Positions 1 to 13,200 of a stretch of 64,000 bases of DNA are shown piece by piece. The DNA is from Cycas panzhihuaensis (taxonomy: Eukaryota > Plantae > Cycadophyta): NCBI GenBank assembly GCA_023213395.1, contig CM041465.1, positions 138,081,741-138,145,740 on the forward strand, in the 5' to 3' direction. The first letter of the stretch is position 1; each line of letters opens with the position of its first letter. The notes under the pieces are model-generated. The model was not told the DNA's origin and searched no databases. It saw only the letters and a program-made list of their open reading frames with translations. The translations under genes and the position numbers were made by a program.

Positions 1-278
1 TCGGATAACGAGAAGGAAAACGGTAAGTATAAATAGGCAAAAGAATTGTGGAGGTCAAGTCTGATAATGTGTGACATATGACTGTCACACCAGATGCCTT
101 TCCATTGGCAGTAGTCGTCTCCCTTCCATGAAGACAATTTGGGTGTGGGGTGCGCAGCCTTCACTTTAAGCAGAGCCAACCTCTCCTCGTTTAAACATGA
201 AGCCATTATCATAGGAGACAATATTGTTCCACACCATAGCACTGCAAATAGCAACAATATTGTTGACCTAAATTCCAT
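1..278 (-). CDS. LRR receptor-like protein/kinase, N-terminal part (signal peptide + LRRNT cap); runs off the window edge
   Basis: Manual translation from ATG at 278: MEFRSTILLLFAVLWCGTILSPMIMASCLNEERLALLKVKAAHPTPKLSSWKGDDYCQWKGIWCDSHMSHIIRLDLHNS... This is a hydrophobic signal peptide followed by the plant LRRNT_2 pattern (C..EER.ALL..K...LSSW...CC.W.GI.CD...H...LDL). No stop occurs in the window, so the ORF track omits it. Confidence 0.88.
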   Translation of the reverse strand, partial: MEFRSTILLLFAVLWCGTILSPMIMASCLNEERLALLKVKAAHPTPKLSSWKGDDYCQWKGIWCDSHMSHIIRLDLHNSFAYLYLPFSFSLS

Positions 279-384
279 CGACTTATTTTGTTATTTCTCT
301 CACACTTCCACCTGTGGAAGAGTTATCAAATATTCTTAAAATTAAATCAACATAAGTCAAATTAATTATTCAAAATAATTAAAA

Positions 385-394
385 TATTTATATA
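385..394 (-). promoter_or_regulatory. Possible TATA box of the LRR gene
   Basis: TATATAAATA on the minus strand about 107 bp upstream of the ATG. The AT-rich context makes this weak. Confidence 0.3.
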
Positions 395-1269
395 TCAATT
401 TATAATTAAAATAAACAAATAAAACAACAAATTAGATACACAAAAGCAACTAGTTTTTCATCATTAAACACATTCACCAATAATTGTTCCTGGTGATTCT
501 ATGTCTTCCAAACTCTCATAGAACAATAATTCCATTATGTACTAGAAACAAGAAGAGAAATTTGTAGAACAAAGAGACCATTCATACATCTATTTTTCTA
601 TTCTATATTTATTATAAAAGAACACAAGATATTAGTAAAATTTAGGTTGAGAATTAAAATTAAAAGATGAGGCAAACTATCACATTTATGATACATGGTA
701 AGCAATTGTTTTCTTCTTATTCAAGAACATATGAGGAAAATAAGACATAATATTGCTTTTAAACAATCTTCATTGAAAATAATGAAAACACTTCATGTAA
801 AGGGAAAAAATTTAAAAAAAAAAAATCAAAACAAAATTAGTACATTCATCTACGGACGTACTCACCAATAGCTAGCTATTGATCTTTAATTCCCAAAGCT
901 TTCGGTATAAAAGATAATACAAGATCAATTGTATCATAGAATGGAACCCCAAAAGGCTCTTATAGGCTAAAGATGACAATAGCATTGGTGTTTGTTTTTC
1001 CTACTCTTAGGTCGAGGAAAAATAAGAAATTAGCAAAACAGCGTATGACTTAGACTATCGAAAAGTAAAACAATAAGATAGAAAACTCTTGCATTTCAAA
1101 TACAACATTGCTAAATTATTTTTTAGTGATAAGATATTACATTTCAAACAGCCATGGTTCGATTTTTCCTCTTTTGGTCAAGAACATGTAAGAAAATATG
1201 GTAGGTGGGCAGAAGATTCTAGTGCAACATTCAAATCTAAGAGGTGACTTCATATAGTCAAGATATTGA

Positions 1270-2496
1270 AGAAAATATGCAACTAAATACTTATAGAAAC
1301 AGACGCATAATATTTTTTTTTATACAAACTAATAAAAGGAATTTATATTTCTCTAAAGCAAATTTTGTTCAATATTATATTATTCATGGTGATGAAGGCT
1401 ATAAATTTGTTTTATAACAATATTTTTTTATATTAATATATTAAATATAAATATTGTAATGTGCAATAATGTGGATTGATGATTTCTTTATTTTGCTTGT
1501 ACTCACACATCCAATTACTCTACTTTGAGTAATAAAAAGTAAGAGAATTCAGTAGTGGCAAAGAAAAACAAAAGAAAACTACCCATTAAAATAAAGAACA
1601 AACACATCATATAATGAATGAGAAGTAACAACTTACATAAGATAATGATAATGCATCATATATTCCACCACTCTTGGTCAATACAAGTGTGATTTATAGG
1701 GTTGTGAATAAAAGTTAAAGTATGATATAGCAAACTATTACATTTCAATATGACATACCTTAATTATTTCCTCACTAGTCAAGGATAAATGAGAAAATAA
1801 GACATATAGTACAAGTTGAGGAAGTAATGTTTCACGGCGATGACAAGAAGAAAAATCAAAGCATCACAGGCAAACAAAGCTTCTAGACATGAAGAAAAAT
1901 CAAAGCATCTAGAAGCATTAGTAATCTAGACAAGCATAAAGCTTCTAGACAAGAAGAAAATCAAAGCATATAGAAGCATTAGTAATCTAGACAATTACAT
2001 AATTTTCTTCCTACAATACCAATAAATGTGTATATATACTTATGAGATGGAAAGAATCATATCAACATAATCTTCAGATTGGAAATATATTTATGTAGGT
2101 TTTATAAAGCAAATGCATGTGATTTTTCTCCATCTAAATTGGTAAAAAGGAAGTTTATTCTAGTTTACATTTATTTTAATAAAATTTCACTAGATATTAT
2201 GTTGTTCATGATAATTAAATTGAAAGTTATGAATTTGGAAATATAATATAATATATATTTTTATTAGTATGTTGAAAAAAGAAATTATGATGTATAATAA
2301 CGTGTTATGGCAATTCCATTCTTTTGTTTGTATTCACACATCAATAATAATATCGTTATAACTTTGTTTTCAATAATAAAAGGAAAGATAATGCTTTAGT
2401 AGCGAAAAAGAAAAGCAAAAACTATTCATTGAAATAAATGGCAATTGTATCATATAATGGAATAATGAAATTAGTTTATCATAAAGATAATAATAA
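1270..2496. repeat. Degenerate direct duplication (~1270-1655 vs ~2080-2496) upstream of the LRR gene
   Basis: Colinear matches, e.g. TTTGCTTGTACTCACACATC (~1492) vs TTTGTTTGTATTCACACATC (~2323), and AATAAAAAGTAAGAGAATTC...AAAACTACCCATTAAAATAAA vs AATAAAAGGAAAGATAATGC...AAAACTATTCATTGAAATAAA. Confidence 0.7.
1846..1993. repeat. Short tandem duplication with a ~61-bp unit plus a partial copy
   Basis: AAGCTTCTAGACA.GAAGAAAA(A)TCAAAGCAT.TAGAAGCATTAGTAATCTAGACAA occurs twice, with a third partial AAGAAAAATCAAAGCATC. Confidence 0.85.
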
Positions 2497-2688
2497 TGCT
2501 AAAAATAAGCTAGCAAATTACCCTTTTAAGGAAAATCCACAAATAAATACTCCATTATTATTTCAAATAAATGTCTAATTATGTTATTACACCATGATGT
2601 GCATTTAAATATGGCAATCATAATATTTTAACCACTAAATTATGCATGATACAAGTAAATATTAGATATTTAACAATATCTTTTAACA
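2497..2688 (-). repeat. Probable 3' LTR of Copia C (~190 bp)
   Basis: On the minus strand a purine run TGGGGA is followed by TGTTAAAAG...TAGCA. Homology of the flanking duplication breaks at about 2497. Confidence 0.55.
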
Positions 2689-5600
2689 TCCCCATAATAT
2701 TGACTTTAAGAGGTATAAAAGGCATCATTATTTCAACCCCTACTTGATGATTTTAGTTATTTCAAGGATTTCTTAAAGCTTGCTAAACTTGTCATTGGTA
2801 AGTGGTTTGGTGAAGACATCTGATATCTATTCGAAGGATAAATTTCCAACTAAATAGTTCCATTACTAATCGGGTCATATATAAAAATATGTATAGTTTA
2901 ATATACTTAATATTTGAGTAATGTGCATGATTCTTGATAACATAAATAACTCTTTAATTATCAATATGTAATATGATAAACATTTTCAAGGAAAAACCAA
3001 TTTCATCAAGTAAAGGTTTGATCCACAAAGTTTCTTTGATTAACTTAACTAATGTATGATATTTAGCCTCAATAATAGAAAGAGTAAGATATTATGTCTT
3101 CATATTTGAACTATATGATAGGACAAACCAAGATGAAAAATATAACTCGTTGTTGACTTTCTTCTACCAATCACCTGTCTAATTAAAATCTGAATAGCTA
3201 ATCAACTCAAAATCACCATCAAATTATTCATATTAAAGATCATGATGGATAATACCTTAAAGATATTGTAGAATTTTCTTAACATCATTACAATAAGATT
3301 CATAAGGGTCCCACATAAATCGAGAATAAACACCAATTGCGTATGAGATGTTAACTCAGTATATCTAATATATCAAATTATTAGTAATTACTAATATAAA
3401 ATGACCTTAATTAGGGAGAATCATAAATGATGTTGAGTTTACTCCACTTAAAATGAGTAAGGAGTAGGCTTGCAAGCATCCATTCTAAATTTCTTAAGTA
3501 AATCTATAATGTAGTTAGGTTGTGAAATTGAAAGACTACTATTTATTTGAAACTTGAAATTTAAGAAAATAACAAAGTAAGCCAAAATCAATCATCTCAA
3601 AATTATTCTTCATGTCATTCTTAATATATAAATAGAAGTAGTATTATAACTAATGATGACCATATCATCTACATAAAGAACTAGAAGTGTAATCTTATTA
3701 CCTTGACATCAAAAACAGAGATTGGAATCACTCACACATCTAGAAATCCATGATTAATAAGATAATGATACTTATTAATTTTTTTTTAATATTTAGCCTT
3801 AAATGCTTATTTCAAACAATACAAAGACTTCTTGGATTTACAAACTAGATCATAACTAAATTCATAATTAGGAGGTTAGACCATGCAACTTTGCTCTTTA
3901 AGATCATAATTTAAAAAAGATTTTTGACATCATTTGATGAAATTACAATATAAATTTAATATCAAAATAAAACTTGATAATATTTATTTTAGTAATCATA
4001 GGAAAAGTCTCAATATAATTAACTTTATCGATTTCTAAGAAACCTCTAGTTACCAATCTACCTTTATATTTCTTAATATCATAATCAAAATAAAATTTTG
4101 TTTAATAGACCCATTTGCAACTAGGTTCTTATAAAGGGGAAAAACATTGCCTCTTATATAAATTTTTTATCAAAGCATCATACTACTCAGCCATAGTAGC
4201 ATTCTAAAAGGGATTGTCTTTAACCTCATCAAAAGATTCAGAGTCTTCAAGTTCTATTTCCTTGTCCATAAGAGCATAATTAGCTTGAAGCATTTAAGTA
4301 AAGTCCTTTTAGGAGTGAAAAATTATACATATCAAAATTAATTATGGTAGTGTTTTTGAAACCATTTAGGTTGTCTTTGAGTATTTGAAGTTTCAACATC
4401 TAAATTTACATTATGAGAATTAGCTAAATCATATTAATGACCACCACAAATGTGAGAGATAGAAGGAGAAGAAATATGACCACTTGAGATAGAAATACTT
4501 GAGCCAAAAGTAATGCCATGAGATGGAATATGAGTAATGTTATTTATAAGAGGAAGCAAAGAAGCACTAACATACTCATGAGAAGGATAAATGCTTATAA
4601 ACCATTCTCATCAACCTTAGCATAATGTAATAAATACTTTATTAGAAGTAAGATCAAAGTGTTTATACATTTTATACTCTTTACTACAACTAATAAAGAT
4701 ATATCTTGTACTTTTTTAATCTAATATTTTCCTTCATTTATTAGAAATATAAGGTTGTAGAACACTACAAAAGATCTAGAGATATGGCACTATAGGTTTC
4801 CTACTCAACTATTTTCTTCAAGTTAATGTTAAAACAATACTAACATGTAGATGATTTAATCGATAATTAGTACAAATGATGATTTCAACCCATAAATTTA
4901 GTTCTAATCCCTTAAAATATAGTATGTAATATGCCATTTTAACAAGAGTTATGTTTTTCTTCCATACTACACCATTTTATTGAGGGTATATATAATAGAA
5001 TATCGAAAATGAATGTCATTCTTCTTTCCAAGATCTAAAAACTAATTATTAATGTATGATATTGGCTTCAACATATTGATTTATAACCAAATTGATTACA
5101 GAAAGGGGTTTGAATTTAAGAAATCTATTAAACAAATCACTTTTTTGTTTAAGAATATAAATCCAATATTTATATGAAAAATCATCAATGAAAGTAAGTA
5201 GAAATTTTCTTCTTAATATAGAAGTTACTTGAAATGGTCCACAAATATTAAAGTGTATCAACTCAAGAGAATATTAGGCTTTAAAAATAACCTCAGGAAA
5301 TAAAGAATCTATGTGACATTTCTTATAATACATTCCTCACAGGCATAATATATTATGGGGAGATTATGAAATAACTATATTATGCTTTTGCAAAATATTT
5401 AATTACCCATAGTTGATATTACCAAATAAAAAATGTTATAACTTATTAAAAGAATCAAAATAAGCAATGTCTGAAGAAAAAGCAAATCTCATACCATATT
5501 CTTAAACATCACACCTTCTACTAGTCCATTCATATCATATAGGTTATATAAACCATTGTTATAATCATTAGTACCTAAAGTAATAACAACCCTATAACGA

Positions 5601-5707
5601 TCTCCGTAATTCCTTTTTTACAAAACCTTTTTTTTGTAAATTCAACCTTATAATTTTTTTGACAAAGTTGGTAAACAAAGAGAAGATTGGATTTGAAACC
5701 CAATAGA

Positions 5708-5992
5708 TGTTGGAATAATGCCTATATTAGGGCACACATCCACCTTGGGGAGATTACGCATATTAGGGTGATAAGATAGATTAATGGAGATATTATGGTT
5801 GCAACATGTTAGGTGTTTGTTAACACCAGTCGATGATAGACCTTGAGAGGTGTGATGAATCCCTCTTGGTCTCACTTATTTATTCAAGTGGTTCAAAGAA
5901 CTTGGTATTCATCAACACCACCATTCTCACGGAATGTTGGTAGTGCCTTCTCTTACATTTTATTCTACTCCCTTTATCCCCTAATTCCATCA
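5708..5992 (+). repeat. 5' LTR of Copia A1
   Basis: TGTTGGAATAATG...TTCCATCA, aligns to 17168-17451 and is followed by a tRNA-Met PBS. Confidence 0.93.
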
Positions 5993-8900
5993 TTTGGTAT
6001 CAAAGCTATCGTTTAGGTATTCAAAGCCATCATTTAAGTGTTCAGAGTCACATTTGGATGAGCCATTTATGAAGGAGTTCGTCACATGCACTAGTATATG
6101 TATGATTTCTCATTTATTTATATACACGCTTTCCTTCTTTTGTTTAACCTATTTATCATTTATTACTTGAATCTCAATCACTTCTAATAGGCACTAGTGC
6201 TTATGCATTTATGTGTGATTTACTCTGTTCTCTTAATCTCTCCATGAACAACTCGCATTTACATCCTTGAGTCTTTGCGAAAATAATGAAACCTATTCAT
6301 TTCCATTTAAAAGTCTACTTGAGAACCTGTTAAGGCCCATCTTAAATATACATCAAAGTCTATTTTTTTTGCTCCAATTTCCATTTTAGGTATGCTTTAG
6401 CTCATTTATCTCTAGTTCTGTCTACATCTATTGTTCATGTGTGGATACTTATGACTCCCATTTTTTGAGTGAAATCTTATGTACGTACACTACTCTATTA
6501 ATTGCATTAAGGATTTATAAGAAACCTATGATTGAAAGCCATAAACCACATTTATGGATTCTTTTTATCCATGCCCTTCATTATTGTTCTAATTTTATCT
6601 ATTTTATTGGATCAATAGTTGTATTTATATACAACACAAATTTACAAAAACTACCTTTACATTTTACACATCTGATTGTAATAAAACATCCCATTGAGGC
6701 AGAGTAAGGATTGCATACGTAAATATAGCCATGGTAGGTTGACTCCCTCCAAAGGGATAAAACTTATCTATGTCTTCCCTATCCTCGCCATTATCGTTGT
6801 CCCACAAAGATTAAAAATAGACTATGTAGTAAGGTGTAGGTCTTATAAATAATTATGCGATCTTTTTTTTATACATCCTTGTAATGATTGCATGAAAAAT
6901 AGTACACAAATCCCATTAACATCAATGTGGATTTCATAATATTTACACAATATTTACATCTACCTTATTCCTCAACTTTATAAAGTATTTACACATTTTT
7001 CCTAAATATTTACATATAAACTTTTATTTGCATCTTTTCTGATATTTAAATGTTTGTGCCACTTTTTGCATAAGATATGATAGTTGCATCTATCTTGATC
7101 TTGTCAGTTTGTAGTCTTTGCAATTCATATATACTTGAGTATTTTATGTTACTGATTGGTATTATCGACACCATCAGTTGACTGAATATATCAAGTCACT
7201 CACGCATTTATTCCAATATGTTTATCCCAAGCATCGTGGGCTTATACATCTTGGCTTGCGTAATGATAAGCATATACTGTACAATGATAGTAATGATTTT
7301 ATAAGGCCATGTTTAAGTGTTTAATGCCATGGAAAATCCTCCTTTCTTGCTCTTGGGCATCATATGCTTAACTAAGATAGTCTCAAGTTACATGATTATT
7401 TCAATGTATTATTTGAATTATTTGTATATATCTCTAGCAAATCCTTTGGTTGCATATTTAATCTACAAGTCATATTCGATGCACAAGTGACTAAAAGACC
7501 ATTTTTTTCAAAGGGGCTAATTTATTTTTCAAGGAGTCTATATCGAAACAAGTACTTATTTACCTTGATAGTGATGTCAATCACTAACAAGGGTCATTTT
7601 AAGTTCTACTAGCTCTAAAGCATTCTACACTTCCCCCCAAACAAAATGAGTGGTCCTATGGCTATGTTTGGTCTTTATTTGACAATATTTTTAATGACTG
7701 AAAGTTGATGTAAAGTTTCTTTGTAGTTCATGTACTAAAGGGCTCTTTATCCTTCTTAACCTTCTTATACTTTTTAATACATAACTTGGTCATATAAAGT
7801 TAGAATTAAGTGTCATTTGAGGCGTTAGGCTCATATTTTAATACCCTATTGAGTGGATGATCTTTTAAATTTTTTTGAAGTTATTTGATGTAATATTTTA
7901 TTAACTAAAGTTGATGCTAATTTTAAACTTCCTATGAGATGACCCTTAAATAAGTATAGCAAAAATTTAGTTTGTAATAATCATTAATATAAAAATCTTG
8001 CTTTGGAGGAGGTTAAGTCCCAATTAGGACACTTGTGCATGTCTTAAAGATGAAAAAGTACAAGTTTTATTTGTGATTTTAAGTGTCTTTATTACCTTGT
8101 TTAAATGATTTTTAATATTTTTTTTCAAGTACTTTACTTTTTTAAATAATTTATTTTTAAGGTAATTTTCTTCATTATGGCCTCAAGTATAAGTAATGTA
8201 ATGGTGCTAAAGTTTAATGGTACCAACTTTTTGAATTGGAGTAGAAGAATGAAATCCATTTTTGTATCTAAGAATATGTGGGACTTAATTAAAACAGGTT
8301 ATGGAGCACTTGAAGCCAATACCACTTAAGACCAAAATATGACCTATAAGGAGAATGAAAAGTAGGATAATGGAGCTTTTATGTTTATCTTATGTGCATT
8401 GGAGGATTATATTTTTCTAGGGGTGAGTGAAGCATCTACATCAAAAGAGGTATGGGATGTATTGAACACCACTTATGAAGGAGCAACTACATCAAAACTC
8501 CAAATATTGAGGAGTAAGTTTGAGAAGTGAATGACTTCATAACAAAAATCTAAGGCCTAGTCAATCAAATAAAGGCTTTAAGAGAAGTTATTCTGGGAAA
8601 GAGTGGTCAGAAGATCTTGAGATGTGTTAGTAATATTAAAAGATTTAAGATGGTTGCCATAAGTATTGAGATCTCCGAGGCCTTACCCTCAAAATTGATT
8701 AATTGAGTGTAATGCTACATGTTGTTAAGGAGAAAAAAGAGAGAAGTAAATTTCTAGAGCATGTATTTACGATGAGTAAAATTGATATAATGCCTCATTT
8801 TAAGGACAAATTTCTAAGGAAGAAGATAATCTCCTGAAGAAGAGGTCAATGACCTAGAATCAAAATTAATTTTATCGAAGACAGATTAAATATCGAGACA

Positions 8901-10247
8901 AGGATAATATCATCGAGGATAAAGCTATTTTCATCAAGGTCAAAATCAATTTCAAAGTCAAGGATAAAGATATTTTCAAGGCTAATTTAATCAAGGCCAC
9001 AGATAAAATTATGGACCTTAAGGAAGAGGTAAAGGCCAAAGTCAAAGAGGTAGAAACTAAAGATAAAGGGAAGAAGTCATAAGGGAGAGAGCAGTCAATG
9101 TTCCTATTACCATAAAATTGGGCACTTAGAAGAAAATTATTTTACAAAAAGATTTGATTTACAAAAGGGACTTTTAATATAATTATTGAAGAAAGGAAAA
9201 ATGAAAGACTTTTTCTATAAAGTTTAATGGCAAATGAGGAAGAAGGCAATTAGTATAAAGACTTAGGATGTTCTACCTATATGATACATAGAGAAGAGTG
9301 GTTGAAAGAATTGGATAACACTAAAAGAAGTAATATTATGTTTAGTGACAATATCACTCAAGCTGTGGTTGTAGAAATATTTCCATACAAATAGATTTTG
9401 GAGAAATAAGGTGTATTAATAATATACTTTAGATGCCGATCTAAAAAAAAATTGTTATAAATATGATGAAATGATGAGTAAAACTACAAGGTAATATTTG
9501 ACAATAGAGTGCGATCAAAGATAAGCCGAGGAATAAAGTAATAGTGGCTAAGGGACAAATGAATAGTGATAAATTATTCAAACTAATTATCCCCCTAATT
9601 GATTATTATGCCTTAAAGGTTTCAACCAATATGGATAATAAAACATGACCCAAAAGACTTGGCCATATGAACTATAATAGTTTGGACTTAATGAAAAAGA
9701 TGGAAATGGTGATAGGACTACCTAATATTAAACATGATCAGGAATTGTGTGAAGAGTGTATACTTAGTAAACAATAAAGGCATGATTCCTTAATAGAAGT
9801 TATAGGGACAATGGGCCTCTTTAATTAGTATATATATAGATTTATGTGGTTCGATGGATGTGGCTTTACTTAGAGGACTCGTGTATCATGATCTTCAATG
9901 ATGAATTCATAAGAATAACTTAGATTTTGATTCTCAAGTGCAAGTTAGATGCACTCTAATCCTTCAAAAGTATGGTTAAAGATAAAGTGGAGTTAAAATT
10001 TTAACCTTAAGATTAGATAATAAGGGAGAATCTATTTTAAATAATTTTAAAGATTATTGTAAATATTTTTGGGATAAGAAATATTTTAAAGATTTTCATA
10101 AATATTTAATAGGGTTGCAGGAAGAAAGATCAAGACTATTATTAAGATGGCAAGAAGTATATTTAAGGATAAGCATCAAGGTAATGAATATTGGGCATAA
10201 GCTTTATATATACTTATTTATTTGTTGAATAAGTATACCACTAAAGT

Positions 10248-13200
10248 TAGAGAGGGAGGTTACTGTAAAGGATGAGTAGAAGATGGGGAGATTCGAGGCG
10301 GAGGAGGGTGGGACACCTGAATGGGTTTCAAAAAGCACTACATCAGAGGTGAGGAAGGCCCCAGACTATGGGATGGAGAAGAAGGTGGGCGGGGCATACT
10401 AGAAAGGCCAGCAGGGAGAAAGAAACACAGGCGGATAGACACAGGGGTGCAGAGCACGTTGAAAGAGGGGACCTTTAGAAGGCCTAATCTCGAGTAGGAG
10501 AGGTTGAGGGGCAGAAGCCTGGGTCATCTATGAAGGTCCTTTCTTGGAATATCACGGGGCTAAATGCCCCATCTAAGCAAAGATTAGTTAGAGAGCTTAG
10601 GATTAGGTCGGGAGGGCGATATTGTACTCTTCGCCGGGAGACAAAAGTGGAGGCAGTTAAGGAAGCGAGGTGCTTAACAAGATTTGGAGGAAGGGGATGG
10701 GAAGACAAGTGCGAGGTTCGGCGGGCTCGAGGGCTAGCTTCTACATGGAACCCAAGAAGATGGAGGGGTTGGGAGTGTGTGAGTGAACACTTCCTTACTA
10801 TTAGGCAGTTAGTGCCTCTACTAACAAGGAGTGATGAATCACCAACATCTATGCCCCTAATTTGGTACGAGGAGGAGGAGATTATGGGAAGATGCGGTGG
10901 AAATCCACTGAGATTGGGGGAGGTCACAGGCGGTGGCGAGATTTCAACTCCCCTATGCCGTAAGAGAGAAGAGAAGGAAGGTGGGCAAGAGGGGTGGTCT
11001 AGAAGTATGTCTGATTTGGGCATGTTCTTGCAATCGGGCGGGTTGATGGATGTTCCTCTCAGGGGAGCCAGGTTCACCTGGTCCAACAGGCGATTAGGAC
11101 ATAATCATATACAATGTAGACTGGACAAGATGTTAATAAACTATGACTGGGCCTGTCACTTTGAAGGAGTGAAAGTGGAGCCCTCCGGAAGGTGGGGTGG
11201 ACCATGCGCCTCTCATTTTGGAGGGGTGGGTTAAGGCTTTCTGAAGGGACGCCATTAAGCTTTGAACATGTGGCATAAACATCGGTTGAGAGAAAGGATT
11301 AAGGAATGGTGGGGAATCCGGTATAGGGCATGTTTAGATTTTCAAGGAAATTGGGCTGGATCGAGAAACAAATTAAAGTGTGGAATAAGGAGGTCTTTGG
11401 AAATATTTTTGAACATAAGGCAGCCTGTTGGGGAACTAAAGGGGATAGACAATAGGATCCAGAGGGAGGGAAGAACCCAGGAACTAGCCTATAAGGAGCT
11501 TTCAATTTCTAAGAAGTTTGAGGAGGTGCTGGAAAGGGAGGAAATCTTAAGGAAGCGAAATCCGAGAGTAATGGATAAGGGAGGGGGATAGGAACACGAA
11601 GTTCTTCCATATGTCTACATTGAGACACAGGGTTCATAACAGAATCTCTAAAATTAGAAGTAGGGAAGGGGTTGTGCATGAGGCAGAGGATCCAGTTAGG
11701 GGTATTACAATGGATTACTTCAAAGTATTTATAGGCAGGATGTCAAGATCCCGCCCTTAGGACGGTGCTCTTACATCACATACCAAAAATGATCTCGGAG
11801 GACCAGAACAATAAATTGATAGAACCTTTCTCTCAAGAGGAGGTGGAGAGGGCCTTATTCAAGATGGGTCATGACAAAGCCCCAGGGCCGGATGGTTTCC
11901 CTCTAGGCTTTTTCTAGGAATATTGGGAGATAATCAGGATGATCGATGTAAGCGCTTAATGAATTCTTCGGGCGTCTTATCTTGAAGAGTGGCGGGCCAC
12001 ATTCTTGTGTTGATCCCAAAGAAGGAGGAGTGGAAGCCTTGGAAGACTTGAGACCGATTAGCACGTAATGTTAAATACAAGATATTGGCTAAAGTATTTG
12101 GCGAATCATTTGAAGGAGTTTCTCTGGACATTATTTCCCCAAACCAGGATGGGTTTGTCAAGGGAAGGCAAATTCGGATGGCATCATAATTGTCCATGAG
12201 ACCACGCATTCGGCGATGCAACTTGCGTAAGGAAGCGAGGATGATTATTAAAATAGACATGTCAAAGCCTCTGTTGGGTGGCTTGGGATTTGTTTGTTCT
12301 GGAGTGCCTAAAGGCTTTTGGTTTTGGGGAGGTATGGAGGGAGTGGATGGTGTTGTATTTCGAGTTTCCTTTTCGGTATTAATAAATGGGAGATGACCCC
12401 CTTCTTTGTTGGATCGAGATTTGAGGCAAGGTGATCCCTTTCTCCTTCATTCATTGTTATGGTAGAGATGTTAGACAGGGCGACGATGGAGGCTCAGAGG
12501 ACAGGGAGGATATCAAGATTGATAGCTTCTTCCAATTTAGATAACATTGTGCTGCATCAGTTTATAGACGATAATATTTTCCTTTGCAAGGCCTCTTTGA
12601 GGGAGGCCAGGGCCTTAAAATCGGGGCTACAGGCATATGAAAAGGCTACAAATCAAAAAATTAATTTGGATAAAAGCTCAGCCTTTTTTATTAATACCTC
12701 GGAGAGGCTTCAAGTAAAAATAAGCAAGATTTTGGAGATGGCTAGAGGTTCCCTCCCCAGCTCTTATCTTGGCATGCCTCTTTTTGTGGGAAGGATGGGG
12801 AAGGAAATGTGGGATCCAGTAGTAAGTAGATTCTCACGAGGCATTTTGGATGGAAAAGGGCTCTCCTCGGTTGAAATTTGGAAAAATTCGATTCTTGGTG
12901 ACCTCCTTGCGAGTGTCAGGGTTTATCAAATGGCCGGTCTTCAAAATTACAGTAGGGTTATTTCGATTTTGGAAGGAATCATGAAGAGATTTCTTTGATC
13001 GGGAGTTGAAGATAAAGGAGATTTCACCTAGTATCATGGGAGAAGGTTTATAGGCCTGAGTGGGCGGGGAGGTCTCAATGTCGAGGAAGTGGGGCTTTTA
13101 ATGAAGCCCTCACGGCAAAACGGTGGAGGCTTTCTAAAGAAGTCGGTTCGACCTAGGGAAAGATCATTGTGAGGTATACAGGGGATAACCACTTTCTTCT

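Noticed and set aside
139-339. 66-aa plus-strand ORF
   Set aside because: It is the shadow of the real minus-strand LRR gene.
10484-11086. 200-aa minus-strand ORF
   Set aside because: Antisense shadow of the LINE endonuclease, with no motif of its own.
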